Shown in pieces: positions 1-8,792 of a stretch of 34,893 nucleotides of DNA. A program made the translations under genes and the position numbers. The notes beneath the pieces were generated by a model. It saw only the letters and a program-made list of their open reading frames with translations. It did no database searches and had not been told where the DNA came from. This stretch comes from Nitrososphaerota archaeon (GTDB taxonomy: Archaea; Thermoproteota; EX4484-205; JAAOZO01). The stretch's first letter is position 1; each line of letters begins with the position of its first letter. The stretch spans positions 1 through 34,893 of the forward strand of contig JAAOZO010000171.1 in NCBI GenBank assembly GCA_011605715.1, given 5' to 3'.

Positions 1-2
1 CC

Positions 3-308
3 AATTTACTTAAAAGTAAATCGAACGTAGTTTATCTTCCTATGCATCTCGCCAAAAATAAAATTGTTCAAAGTTTAAAGAGCCACAATTTTTCTCTTAT
101 CGCTTTCAGTGGATGGGCTTTAGAAAGTGGGTTTAAAGAGACGCTCCAAGTAGACTATACTTTTCCAGTAAGTGATCATGCTGATTACTATGGCTTAATC
201 AATGTCGTGAAAGATGTAAGCCCAGAAGTTGTTTATGTTACTCATGGTTTCGTTGAATCTTTTTCAAATTCGCTTCGAAAAGAGGGCTTTATAGCTCATC
301 CTCTTTAA
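3..308 (+). CDS. MBL-fold/beta-CASP metallo-hydrolase, C-terminal fragment (5' truncated by the window)
   Basis: Frame is open from the window start. It carries FSGWA, FPVSDHADY and VYVTHG, typical of the beta-CASP C-terminal motifs. Confidence 0.8.
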   Translation, partial: NLLKSKSNVVYLPMHLAKNKIVQSLKSHNFSLIAFSGWALESGFKETLQVDYTFPVSDHADYYGLINVVKDVSPEVVYVTHGFVESFSNSLRKEGFIAHPL

Positions 309-315
309 TTTTTAT

Positions 316-1287
316 TTAAACATACTTGGCTTTCTTAAGAATCTCTTTAATTTTTTTAGGTTGCTTCCCTCTCACTGCTCCAAGTTCTGTAATTATGGCA
401 GTTATGTACTTGGCTGGAGTTATATCAAATGAAGGATTAAGGATCTCTGGATTTCCTAATCTTCCTAAGTTACCATTGTATACTTCTCTAATGCTTCTAT
501 ATTCAATAGCTATTTCTTTCCCTGTTTTAGCATTCGTAGCTATTTTATAACTTTCAGCTGTGACAAAAAAATTTTTGTTTTCTTCTTTTGCTACAACTGC
601 GATTGGATATGTTCCAATTTTGTTGATCACGTCTCCGTTTAAAGTTATGGCATCTGCTCCTACTAAAACCAGATCAACATTTTTCATAAACATTCCTGAA
701 GCTGAATCTACTATTAACTTTACATTAATGTTAGACTCTCTAAGTTTCTTAGCAGTAACGTACCCTTGATAGAGAGGTCTTGTCTCTGTAACATAAACTT
801 CCTTAACCTTTCTATCCTCATTTATCTTTTTTATTACCTCTACTGTTGTAGAGCTATGACAATGCGTCATAATAGAAACTTTTGTTTTAATTAATTTTGA
901 GAAAGCAGTAGCTATTTCTTTTTTTGAATTCTTAATTTTATCCAAGAAATAATCTATTGAAGAAATCATCTCATCACAAAGTTCATTTTTTGTTATATTT
1001 TTGTTCCTACTTTTTAGCTTAAGTCTGTACTCTATGAATCTTAACGCATTAGGCAGAGCTACAGCAGTTGGCCTTGTTCTTAGTAAACTCTCCTTTATGG
1101 CTTCAAAATTCTCAAGAAATTCTTCTCTATTTCGCGATTTTTCTAAAATTTTCCTAGAATCTCTTCGTATACTTTCTAAAGCATATTTTGCTATTACGCT
1201 AGCACCTCTAATCCTCATGTTTTTTATGTCTTCCACAGCTTTTGCCACATTTTCGAAGTCGCTTTTCATAGAGTATAATTTATCCAT
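316..1287 (-). CDS. Ribose-1,5-bisphosphate isomerase (eIF-2B/MtnA family)
   Basis: MRIRGA, RPTAVALPNA, THCHSST (catalytic Cys), TETRP, VGAD, INKIGT and NPSFDITP motifs. Confidence 0.85.
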   Translation of the reverse strand: MDKLYSMKSDFENVAKAVEDIKNMRIRGASVIAKYALESIRRDSRKILEKSRNREEFLENFEAIKESLLRTRPTAVALPNALRFIEYRLKLKSRNKNITKNELCDEMISSIDYFLDKIKNSKKEIATAFSKLIKTKVSIMTHCHSSTTVEVIKKINEDRKVKEVYVTETRPLYQGYVTAKKLRESNINVKLIVDSASGMFMKNVDLVLVGADAITLNGDVINKIGTYPIAVVAKEENKNFFVTAESYKIATNAKTGKEIAIEYRSIREVYNGNLGRLGNPEILNPSFDITPAKYITAIITELGAVRGKQPKKIKEILKKAKYV

Positions 1288-1351
1288 TTTCTCAATATCT
1301 TTTAAAGGTTTGTCCTTAAGACAATTCTATGAAAATGCAAAAGTGAGTTCT

Positions 1352-2512
1352 TCATACCGTCGTCTTTTTATAAACTTCTAGTGTTTCATAAGCGATTTCT
1401 CTCCAATTGTATTTTTCTTTTGCAGTTTTATATCCAAGTTCTGAGATTCTGTTCCTTAAGTTTTCATCAGAAAATAAGGTTATAAGCCGTTTTGCTAATT
1501 CCTCAGAATTGTTAGGTGAAACTTTTAACCCATTTATGCCATCCTCAACGATTTCGGATAGTCCTCCTGTATCTGAAACAACTACTGGAAGTTTGTTTAT
1601 CATTCCTTCAAGAGCAACTATTCCAAAAGGTTCATAGAGCGATGGTACAACAAGCACGTCCGATATTTTAAAAACTTTATTTAATTCTTCATCACTTAAG
1701 TAACCTGTGAAGTATACTTTGTCATAGACTCCAAGTTTCCAAGCAGTTTCCTTCATTCTATTAATTGCGTAACCATCTCCAACGGCAACAATTTTTGCAC
1801 TTATTCCAAACTTAAGTACGTAAGGTAGTGCACCAATTAAGACATTTAACCCTTTCTCATCTACCATTCTTCCTACGAAAAGAATTATCTTTTCAGAGTC
1901 TAATGCATATTTTCTCCTAAAGTCAATATCAACTTTAACTGGAGGCGACTCTGTTATCCCGTTTGGAATAACGTGAATTTTATCTGAAGGAACACCAAAA
2001 AGCCAAGCTACATGTTCTTTCATATACTTGCTACAAACCACTATTTTTTTAGATTCATATGTCCCCCAACCCTCAGTTTCATGAATTAATCTTTGCATAG
2101 TTCCATGGATCCCATTTCTTCTTCCATACTCTGTTGAGTGTATACTGTAAACAATTGGTTTTCCAATTAAGTACTTTAATCCAACAGCACTTGGAATAAC
2201 CATCCAATCGTGAGCATGAATTACGTCAAAGTTTTTTCTCGTTGCTAAGTTTGCTATATATTCCAACATACTGTTGTTCATTCCCATAACCCAATTAATG
2301 AAATCGTAAGCCGGGTAACTGTAAGTTTCTACTCTATGTACGATTAATTTCTCATTTTTCTTCTCAATTTCTGGTTCTCCAGGGAAAGATGTTGTTACTA
2401 CATCTACTTCTGCTCCAATTTGTGAGAGTTGCAAAGATAAATTGTATGCGTGAGTCGCCAACCCTCCTACTTTTCTCGGAGGATATTCCCAGACGAGCAT
2501 AAGTATTTCCAT
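1352..2512 (-). CDS. GT4 family glycosyltransferase (GT-B fold)
   Basis: WEYPP..VGGL, IHAHDW, IHSTE.GR, FVGR, PSLYEPFGIVALEGM and DTGGL motifs. Confidence 0.9.
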   Translation of the reverse strand: MEILMLVWEYPPRKVGGLATHAYNLSLQLSQIGAEVDVVTTSFPGEPEIEKKNEKLIVHRVETYSYPAYDFINWVMGMNNSMLEYIANLATRKNFDVIHAHDWMVIPSAVGLKYLIGKPIVYSIHSTEYGRRNGIHGTMQRLIHETEGWGTYESKKIVVCSKYMKEHVAWLFGVPSDKIHVIPNGITESPPVKVDIDFRRKYALDSEKIILFVGRMVDEKGLNVLIGALPYVLKFGISAKIVAVGDGYAINRMKETAWKLGVYDKVYFTGYLSDEELNKVFKISDVLVVPSLYEPFGIVALEGMINKLPVVVSDTGGLSEIVEDGINGLKVSPNNSEELAKRLITLFSDENLRNRISELGYKTAKEKYNWREIAYETLEVYKKTTV

Positions 2513-2530
2513 TTTGTCTAACCTGTGCTC

Positions 2531-3127
2531 TTATTTTATTATCATCGATAAAAGAAAGGGTACGCAGTACTCTGCTTCTAAGTTTACTACCACAATTTTC
2601 CTTGAGTCTATTGAATACTCGTTAATAAGAGTTTCATATGTCTTTAAGCTGTTCGTTAGAATCATGCTTGCCTTTTTTAACAGACCTTTCTCTATGCTTG
2701 CGATTGAAATTGATAGTAAATCGAAGGAATCCTTGCTTCTTTCCTTTTCTGAAGTTTGAATTACTGCAACCCATGGAATCGAAAACTTACTACTAAGCAT
2801 ATATGCCGATAAAAAGCCCATCCACTCAAAAGAAATTATTAGATCAGCTTTTTCTCCTAGTATAATATTTACTCCTTCTCTAATGTATTGAGTTGTTAAA
2901 TAAGTTTCTAAAGCAAAAATAGAGTAGAAAGTTCTCACAGGACTACTCACTCTAGTAACTCTTATCGAATTTTCTACACTAGTCCCAACATTAAATTCAT
3001 CATGAGTTAAAACACTTACTAAAAATCCTCTTTTTAAAAGCTCATCTGAAAAAAACTTTACAATAGAAGCCGTTTTTCCTATTTCCTTTGGTGGGTACTC
3101 TTCTGAAATTATCAGTACGCTCCTCAT
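2531..3127 (-). CDS. Stand-alone GT4 N-terminal domain protein
   Basis: EEYPP..IG, ISFEW and IQTSE..R parallel the N-terminal half of the neighbouring GT4. No C-terminal EPFG domain. Confidence 0.7.
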   Translation of the reverse strand: MRSVLIISEEYPPKEIGKTASIVKFFSDELLKRGFLVSVLTHDEFNVGTSVENSIRVTRVSSPVRTFYSIFALETYLTTQYIREGVNIILGEKADLIISFEWMGFLSAYMLSSKFSIPWVAVIQTSEKERSKDSFDLLSISIASIEKGLLKKASMILTNSLKTYETLINEYSIDSRKIVVVNLEAEYCVPFLLSMIIK

Positions 3128-3129
3128 TT

Positions 3130-3375
3130 TTACGTGTACAGTGAGCTTGCCATTATTATCCCTAGCCTAGTAACGTAAACTTTGCGAAGTTTTTCATTTC
3201 CTTTTTTAGCTATATACTTTTTGCTTTCAAGGAATTCTAGTATTTTTTCAAGTTCATCCGGATTAATCTCCACAATTTTCTTTACTTTATCGATTTCCAT
3301 AGCTCTCTCTTCGTCAACAGCTCCTGCTTCGTGAAGTTTTGAAAGGACGAAAAACTCTCTTGATATTCTTTCCAT
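3130..3375 (-). CDS. Small winged-HTH protein
   Basis: 81 aa with an LEKILEFLESKKYI...VYVTRLG wHTH pattern; tightly packed in the operon. Confidence 0.6.
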   Translation of the reverse strand: MERISREFFVLSKLHEAGAVDEERAMEIDKVKKIVEINPDELEKILEFLESKKYIAKKGNEKLRKVYVTRLGIIMASSLYT

Positions 3376-3414
3376 CTTTCTGGTTTAATTCTTGTATTTT
3401 ATCTTTATAAATCT

Positions 3415-4410
3415 TTATAGTCGATCTCGCAATTGTTCAAAATTTTCTTTTATTGAATCTCTATAAAGGGCAGCGACGTTTTCTGGATTGGCCGTGATTA
3501 TTACAATACCAAATCCAAGCTCGTAACCTGCATAAACATTTACCCTTGGAACAATCTCCATATGCCAGTGGAACTTTTCTTCTTCTCTAGGTGATATGTG
3601 AAAGTAAAAGTTGTAGCTAATGTAACCAAAGTTTTTTTCCATCGTATGAATAACTATTCTAATTAATTTTAAAAGTATAAACAATTTTTCTGGTTGCTTT
3701 GTTATATCCTTTTCTTTTTCTTTCGAAGTAATCCAAAGTTCATAAGGAGAAATAGGAACATATGGAGTAAACGCAACCAGTCCATCTTTATCAACAACAA
3801 CTCTTTCCTGATTTTTTGCCTCTTCTATGAGTAGGCTCATGGCATTTTCTTTCTTCGAAAAAATTTCTTGCTCTCTTTTTATATTCGGTGGAACTAGCGC
3901 ACTTCCTATCACTTGTGTATGTGAATGTGGAACTGAAGCACCCGCTTCTTTTCCATAGTTCTTAAAAATAGCTACGTACTGTATTTTTTCATCTTTTTCT
4001 ATCATTTCTTTTGTTGAAATCATTGCCTGCGCATAAGCTTTTAGCTCAATATTGCTAAAGTTGCTAATGTCTTTATCATGCTCCTTTGTTTCTACGATCA
4101 AGTAGTGATACCCATAGGGATAGTTTGCTTCGTTAGAAACTGTATCGAACGCTGGGTAAAGGTTTCGGAAAACTCTAGCTTGCCAATCTCCAGCATATTC
4201 TATTTCTTTTCCATATTTTGTTTCAAGTTCACCACTCTCCTTTACCTTAATTATGATTTCTGCCTTTGGAGTCATTTTTTCGTTTCCTGGACAAAATGGA
4301 CAAATCTTTTTTTCGATTTCTGGTATCCTTTTAAAGTAATCTGGCCTTTTTCCTCTTTCGGTTACTATTATACCCTTTCTTCCAGAAAACCAGTCAGTTC
4401 TAACTTCCAT
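3415..4410 (-). CDS. galT: Galactose-1-phosphate uridylyltransferase-like HIT-superfamily nucleotidylyltransferase
   Basis: RGKRP, CPFCPGNE, NLYPA, FKNYG..AGAS..HSHTQ (HxHxQ), FHWHMEIVPR and AGYELG motifs. Confidence 0.85.
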   Translation of the reverse strand: MEVRTDWFSGRKGIIVTERGKRPDYFKRIPEIEKKICPFCPGNEKMTPKAEIIIKVKESGELETKYGKEIEYAGDWQARVFRNLYPAFDTVSNEANYPYGYHYLIVETKEHDKDISNFSNIELKAYAQAMISTKEMIEKDEKIQYVAIFKNYGKEAGASVPHSHTQVIGSALVPPNIKREQEIFSKKENAMSLLIEEAKNQERVVVDKDGLVAFTPYVPISPYELWITSKEKEKDITKQPEKLFILLKLIRIVIHTMEKNFGYISYNFYFHISPREEEKFHWHMEIVPRVNVYAGYELGFGIVIITANPENVAALYRDSIKENFEQLRDRL

Positions 4411-4703
4411 CCAGTTCTTTTCTTTTATTTTTGACCTAATTAAGTTTTTGCTTTTTTTGAGATTTCTTTTAAACTAGTCTTCGATAGTAAGATCTCAATC
4501 GTTCCAAGCTAGCTTAGCAATTTCAAAACAGATAAAAGCCTTAACAAATAATTTTTACCTTTATTTAATAAAAAGTAATAAAGAACAAAACAATTAACCT
4601 AAAGCAAAACACAGTCAGTAAGGCCGAGAGTTAACTGCATAAAGCAAAAAGGAAGGCTATTTTTTAACTTAGACTTTTAAGAACTTAACTTTCAAGCAAC
4701 CCA

Positions 4704-4732
4704 AAAAATAAAGTTTAAAAGTCTTTATTTTT
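4704..4732 (+). promoter_or_regulatory. TATA box (TTTAAAAG, 4714-4721) bracketed by a perfect 10-bp inverted repeat; candidate operator
   Basis: AAAAATAAAG-N9-CTTTATTTTT, with the TATA box about 30 nt upstream of ATG 4752. Confidence 0.35.
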
Positions 4733-4751
4733 AGTATCCTTTGCATTGAAA

Positions 4752-5306
4752 ATGGCTACACTTAGTTCGGAAGGTTATTTGACATTACTTGCTCATATCA
4801 ACGAAAAGGGCGAAACAGATGTTAATGAGTTATCTTATAGTACTGGAGTTGCAAAAAGAGATTTAGTTCGGGCTGTAAATGTACTTAAGAAAAACATGGC
4901 TGTTGATTTTTATGAGGACAAGGTAAAATTAACAGAACTAGGAAAATTTGCACTAGAAAAAAAGGACATAAAAATAGTTTTCGGCTATACTCCAGATGAA
5001 AAGGTTCCAGATTACCTTTCGTTTAAGTTCTTTCTTGGCGAAGGCTTATTTTCTGGAGAAGTTGCAAGTTCATACCACGAATTCCTCGAAATAATAAAAA
5101 GAATAGATACAAGAAGCATCCTATTCCATCTTTACCGTGGAGATTTTGACAAGTGGTTTAACGATGTCTTCAAGGATAGAAAGCTTGCTAAAAAAATTAT
5201 TGCATTAAAGGATAAATTAATGCCCCCAAATCGAGTAAGAGATAGGTTAATTCGAATACTGGAACAAAGAATCTCTGAGCTTAAAGAGGAGAACAAAAAT
5301 GAATAA
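4752..5306 (+). CDS. Winged-HTH plus DUF5752-like domain protein, putative regulator
   Basis: N-terminal HTH/wing (ELSYSTGV..RDLVRAVNVL...VKLTELG). The C-terminal FKFF...ASSYHEF..I...SILFH..RGDF..W resembles DUF5752. ATG 4752 preferred to TTG 4746. Confidence 0.65.
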   Translation: MATLSSEGYLTLLAHINEKGETDVNELSYSTGVAKRDLVRAVNVLKKNMAVDFYEDKVKLTELGKFALEKKDIKIVFGYTPDEKVPDYLSFKFFLGEGLFSGEVASSYHEFLEIIKRIDTRSILFHLYRGDFDKWFNDVFKDRKLAKKIIALKDKLMPPNRVRDRLIRILEQRISELKEENKNE

Positions 5307-6222
5307 AGAAGTTAGCAAGACAATATCTTGGTTAGAAGTTTCATTTAAGGTTCCATCTGATTGGGAATTAGTTGCTGACTCTGGAGGTATAACTGAAGCC
5401 TACATGAGAATAGATAGTCCTAGTAGTGTAAAGTTGGAGATTAAGTGGGAGCGAGTTAAGAAGAAAGTATCTGATTTCTTCCCATACTTAACTTTAGACA
5501 ACTACATTAAGTCGATAACGAAGGATTCTAAGCAAAAAGTTAATCCAAAAATCCTAGAAAAAGGAAACGCTAAAGTAAATGAACACAAAGCTGCTTTTTA
5601 CAGGTGGCAGTTCGGTTCTTCCAATTTTGTAACTCTCTCTTGGGTGTGTGAGCCAGAAAGCAAGATCTTTTTGCTACAGTATACTCTCGACGAGGGTGAA
5701 GATAAATCAAGTATACTCCCTGAAATAGTGAAAAGTGTTTCATGCCATAACAAAGAAAGCTTTTATCCATTTGAAATATTTGATGTCTCGTTTGCAATTC
5801 CTAAAGAATTCCATCTCTCAAGGAGAAAATTAGCAATTGGAAAGGCTGAGCTTTACTTTTTAAGTCAGGATTCTAAAATTCTAGTTACGTGGGTCGGTTT
5901 AGCAAACTATCAAATTAAGAAGTATGGTTTTCTTGGAAAGGCAGTATCAAACTTAATGTCTGAAGCAGTAAAAGCATGCGATAATGACTTTTCTTCTTTG
6001 TTAAAAGCGATAAAACCAACAGACAACTTCATATCTCTTGAAAAAACAAATCATCCCTCTTTACCAATTCTAGGAAAAGCTACGTTTCTTTCGTTGGATG
6101 CGAAGCTTGATGAGCTTTCCAATAAAATATTCCTAGTTGCTTTTAAAACAAGTAGTCTCGAGAAAAGGGAGGTTGGAAGAAAAGTTTTTGTCAGTCTTAA
6201 GGGTAAACCAGAAGTGGAATAA
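5299..6222 (+). CDS. Hypothetical protein (possible PsbP/DcrB-like fold)
   Basis: 307-aa ORF overlapping the upstream stop. SFKVPSDW and SFAIPKEF suggest an internal two-domain repeat. Confidence 0.6.
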   Translation: MNKEVSKTISWLEVSFKVPSDWELVADSGGITEAYMRIDSPSSVKLEIKWERVKKKVSDFFPYLTLDNYIKSITKDSKQKVNPKILEKGNAKVNEHKAAFYRWQFGSSNFVTLSWVCEPESKIFLLQYTLDEGEDKSSILPEIVKSVSCHNKESFYPFEIFDVSFAIPKEFHLSRRKLAIGKAELYFLSQDSKILVTWVGLANYQIKKYGFLGKAVSNLMSEAVKACDNDFSSLLKAIKPTDNFISLEKTNHPSLPILGKATFLSLDAKLDELSNKIFLVAFKTSSLEKREVGRKVFVSLKGKPEVE

Positions 6223-6277
6223 GCTTTTAAATTCCATACAAAGCTTTAATAAAAGTTAGGTAGGGATCGATAGCACT

Positions 6278-6814
6278 ATGTGGCCTTTCAAGAAAAAAGA
6301 AAAGACGATTTCAAGAGAAAGGTTTTTGAACGCTATACCCGTAAAAAACCCTATCATTAAATGGGAGACTTCGGATGACAACACAGTAACTCTCATAATT
6401 CCTAGAAATCCAGATACAGTTTCAACTTTTGTACAAAAGATGCTTACTATTCCAAGTGAAAAGAAAATAAAGCTAGATGAAATAGGGAGTAAAGTTTGGC
6501 TAAAAGTAGATGGGAAATCTAATATGCAGGATCTAATAAAATGGTTTTCAGAAGAATTTCGAGTTGCGCAAAGAGAAGCAGAAGTTTCTTTGAGCTTATT
6601 TTTCAAAGAACTTTCGAAAAGAGGCTTTTTAACGTTGCTTGTCCCATTACCAAAGCCTGGGACTCTTGAGGCAAAGGAAGAGATAGAAGAACTAAAATCA
6701 CAGCTAAAGAGTCTTGAAAAGGAATTTAAAAAAGGGAAATTAAACGAGGAACAGTTTAACCAAATAAAGAAAACTCTAGAAGAAAAAATAGAATACTTAA
6801 AAGGTACGTCATAG
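6278..6814 (+). CDS. PqqD/RRE-like protein with a C-terminal coiled coil and SHOCT-like tail
   Basis: KIKLDEIGSKVWLKVDG...DLIKWF.EEF....EAEVSL..FFKELSKRGFL is a PqqD wHTH pattern. LEKEFKKGKLNEEQFNQIKK is SHOCT-like. Confidence 0.75.
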   Translation: MWPFKKKEKTISRERFLNAIPVKNPIIKWETSDDNTVTLIIPRNPDTVSTFVQKMLTIPSEKKIKLDEIGSKVWLKVDGKSNMQDLIKWFSEEFRVAQREAEVSLSLFFKELSKRGFLTLLVPLPKPGTLEAKEEIEELKSQLKSLEKEFKKGKLNEEQFNQIKKTLEEKIEYLKGTS

Positions 6815-7109
6815 TTCTCCCAAAAATTAAAATTACGCGATAGTGGCAAGCCAGCTTAGGCTTAAGACTCGTTTTTCCTATTGAGTACTACTTAAGCTAG
6901 CGGTAACAAAGACAACGCTCTCTATTGTACTCGAGTATCTTTTACTTTTTAAATAATAACTCGAGTTTTTCATATGGCCCCCAGTTTTCATTTAGAAGTT
7001 AGAAGTATAGTTAAGTGATTCTTAGGTTGTCAGTTTCTAGTAACGTAAATAAAAGTCAAAAAATTATGAGAAAGTAAAGTTAAATGGCCGAAATCTTGAG
7101 CAAAAGTTC

Positions 7110-7931
7110 TTAGCTTAAGTATCCCGTTATAACTATACCTTTTCCTCTCTCGATACTAAACGTATAATACGTTGGATTTGTTGCAGTCCATCTCATCTTC
7201 CTTACGTAGAGTGTTCTCTTTACTTGGTTTCCAACTTTTGCTAGACCTAAAACTATTATTCCTGAGGCTAAGAACTCTTCAACTCCAAACCTACTAATCG
7301 AATTTTCTCCTGTAGGTACTTCTGAAGTTATTAAGTTAGTGGTCTTAATTTCATCTTCAATCGAGAATATCAAGCTCCTTATGTATTCTCTAGTCCAGGT
7401 TACTTCAGTTGTGCTCATAGTAACTAACGGTGCAACTGGATCTATAACCAATCTCTTTGCATTTATTGATTTCTGAATTTTTGAAAGTTCACTAACAATA
7501 TTTTTGACTATAACGTCCATCTCCTTACCCCACATTTTTGCAGCAAAATACTGCCTGACAGGAACTATCATTAACTTTCTTTCAGCAACTAGTTGTTGCA
7601 AGTCCCACCCAAATCTTCGTGTATCAGCAATCAATGCTTCAGGTCTTTCATCGATCGTTACATAAATTCCAGGTTCAGAGTTTTTGGCTCCATGAATTAA
7701 GAACTGCAAAGAAAATATTGTCTTTCCAGTTCCCGTTTCTCCTGCTACTAAATATGTTTTTCCTTTTTCGAAACCACCCTCAGTAATTTTGTCCAATTCT
7801 GGAATGCCTGTTGACACTCTTCTACTAACTGTTGTACTCCTTAATGGTGCTCCGCAATTTGGACAAAACTTGTAGTAAGGCCGAACTACCGCTCCGCATA
7901 CTTCGCATCTAAGAAACTCATCACTGCTCAA
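7110..7931 (-). CDS. KaiC-like (RecA superfamily) ATPase with N-terminal zinc ribbon
   Basis: CEVCG...FCPNCG ribbon, STGIPELD, Walker A GETGTGKT, RLVIDP, FGVEEF and RKMR. TTG start. Confidence 0.85.
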   Translation of the reverse strand: MSSDEFLRCEVCGAVVRPYYKFCPNCGAPLRSTTVSRRVSTGIPELDKITEGGFEKGKTYLVAGETGTGKTIFSLQFLIHGAKNSEPGIYVTIDERPEALIADTRRFGWDLQQLVAERKLMIVPVRQYFAAKMWGKEMDVIVKNIVSELSKIQKSINAKRLVIDPVAPLVTMSTTEVTWTREYIRSLIFSIEDEIKTTNLITSEVPTGENSISRFGVEEFLASGIIVLGLAKVGNQVKRTLYVRKMRWTATNPTYYTFSIERGKGIVITGYLS

Positions 7932-8168
7932 GTCTTTCTAGAAAACTAGAATGAGTACATATTTATATACTTGTCTCTATCTTATTTTTGTATTATATTT
8001 TTTACTATAATGTTTTATTTTACTAAATAGTACTCTCTTTGTCCTACTTAACGAAAATTTTAAAATTTTTAATAAAATAGGAGGAGCTACTAAATTTTTA
8101 GCGTCTCTGTAAAATAGCGCCAAAGGTGAGTAGTTAGGAGTTTCTTGATTGAGCGAAGTTTTTAAAAA

Positions 8169-8486
8169 TCAATTTGAAAGAGGAATTTTTTTATTTTGGT
8201 TACAATTCAAGCATTTTATCGTTATGTACTTCTTTTTCTTTCCTCTAATTCTTATTCTTGCAGTCTCTCCAGGTATGATGACTTTTTTGCAATTTTTGCA
8301 ATAAAAATATCTCTTGAAAACAGAGAAATTCCTCAAATTGTATTTTTTCCAAATCTTTAGACATAATTCTAAAACTTTTTTTCTATCCTCATACTTCACT
8401 TCACTGTTATCTATAACAAAGTTAACTAATTTTTCTACTCTTTTCTTAGCAATTTCCTGAAGTTCCTTCTTTTTTTCCTTCTTCAT
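8169..8486 (-). CDS. rnp4: Ribonuclease P protein component 4 (Rpp21)
   Basis: IAKKRV..L, KRYFYCKNC...IIPGETARIR and CLNC motifs. ATG at 8486 preferred to the ORF-track start at 8522. Confidence 0.85.
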   Translation of the reverse strand: MKKEKKKELQEIAKKRVEKLVNFVIDNSEVKYEDRKKVLELCLKIWKKYNLRNFSVFKRYFYCKNCKKVIIPGETARIRIRGKKKKYITIKCLNCNQNKKIPLSN

Positions 8487-8538
8487 GGTTAATTTCTTTG
8501 TAAGACTGATTTCAGCAAACAAAAATAGGTGCGGCGAG

Positions 8539-8651
8539 TGCGGCTTCCGCTGACCAAGTGGTCATGTGCGGGATTTGAACCCGCGATTGCCAGCTTTCTC
8601 CGTTGCTTCCCATGGAAGGCTGGAGTCCTAACCAGACTAGACCAACGCCGC
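8539..8651 (-). tRNA. tRNA-Gly(TCC) with two introns: canonical 37/38 (8596-8612, 17 nt) and acceptor-stem 67/68 (8545-8565, 21 nt)
   Basis: Removing both BHB-type inserts gives GCGGCGT TG GTCT AGTCTGGTTA GGAC T CCAGC CT TCC AA GCTGG CAATC GCGGG TTCAAAT CCCGC ACGCCGC A, a complete cloverleaf. TATA-like element at about 8680-8687. Confidence 0.9.
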
Positions 8652-8792
8652 ACCTCACGTAGAGTTATGGCTAAATCTCTTTATATTTTTTTCTTTATTT
8701 ACGTTTTTGTGATTTTTTTTCAACCTAGGGTTGTATATGAGCTTATCCTGTCTTTTTGAATGGATTTTCTTTTCTACTTCTTTGTATCAAGT

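Noticed and set aside
326..2759. Several + strand ORFs (326, 560, 1001, 1407, 2514), and similar shadow ORFs elsewhere in the track
   Set aside because: They lie opposite or out of frame within confidently assigned genes and have shadow-like composition.
8529..8759. 76-aa ORF on the + strand
   Set aside because: Antisense to tRNA-Gly; an artefact of GC-rich RNA sequence.
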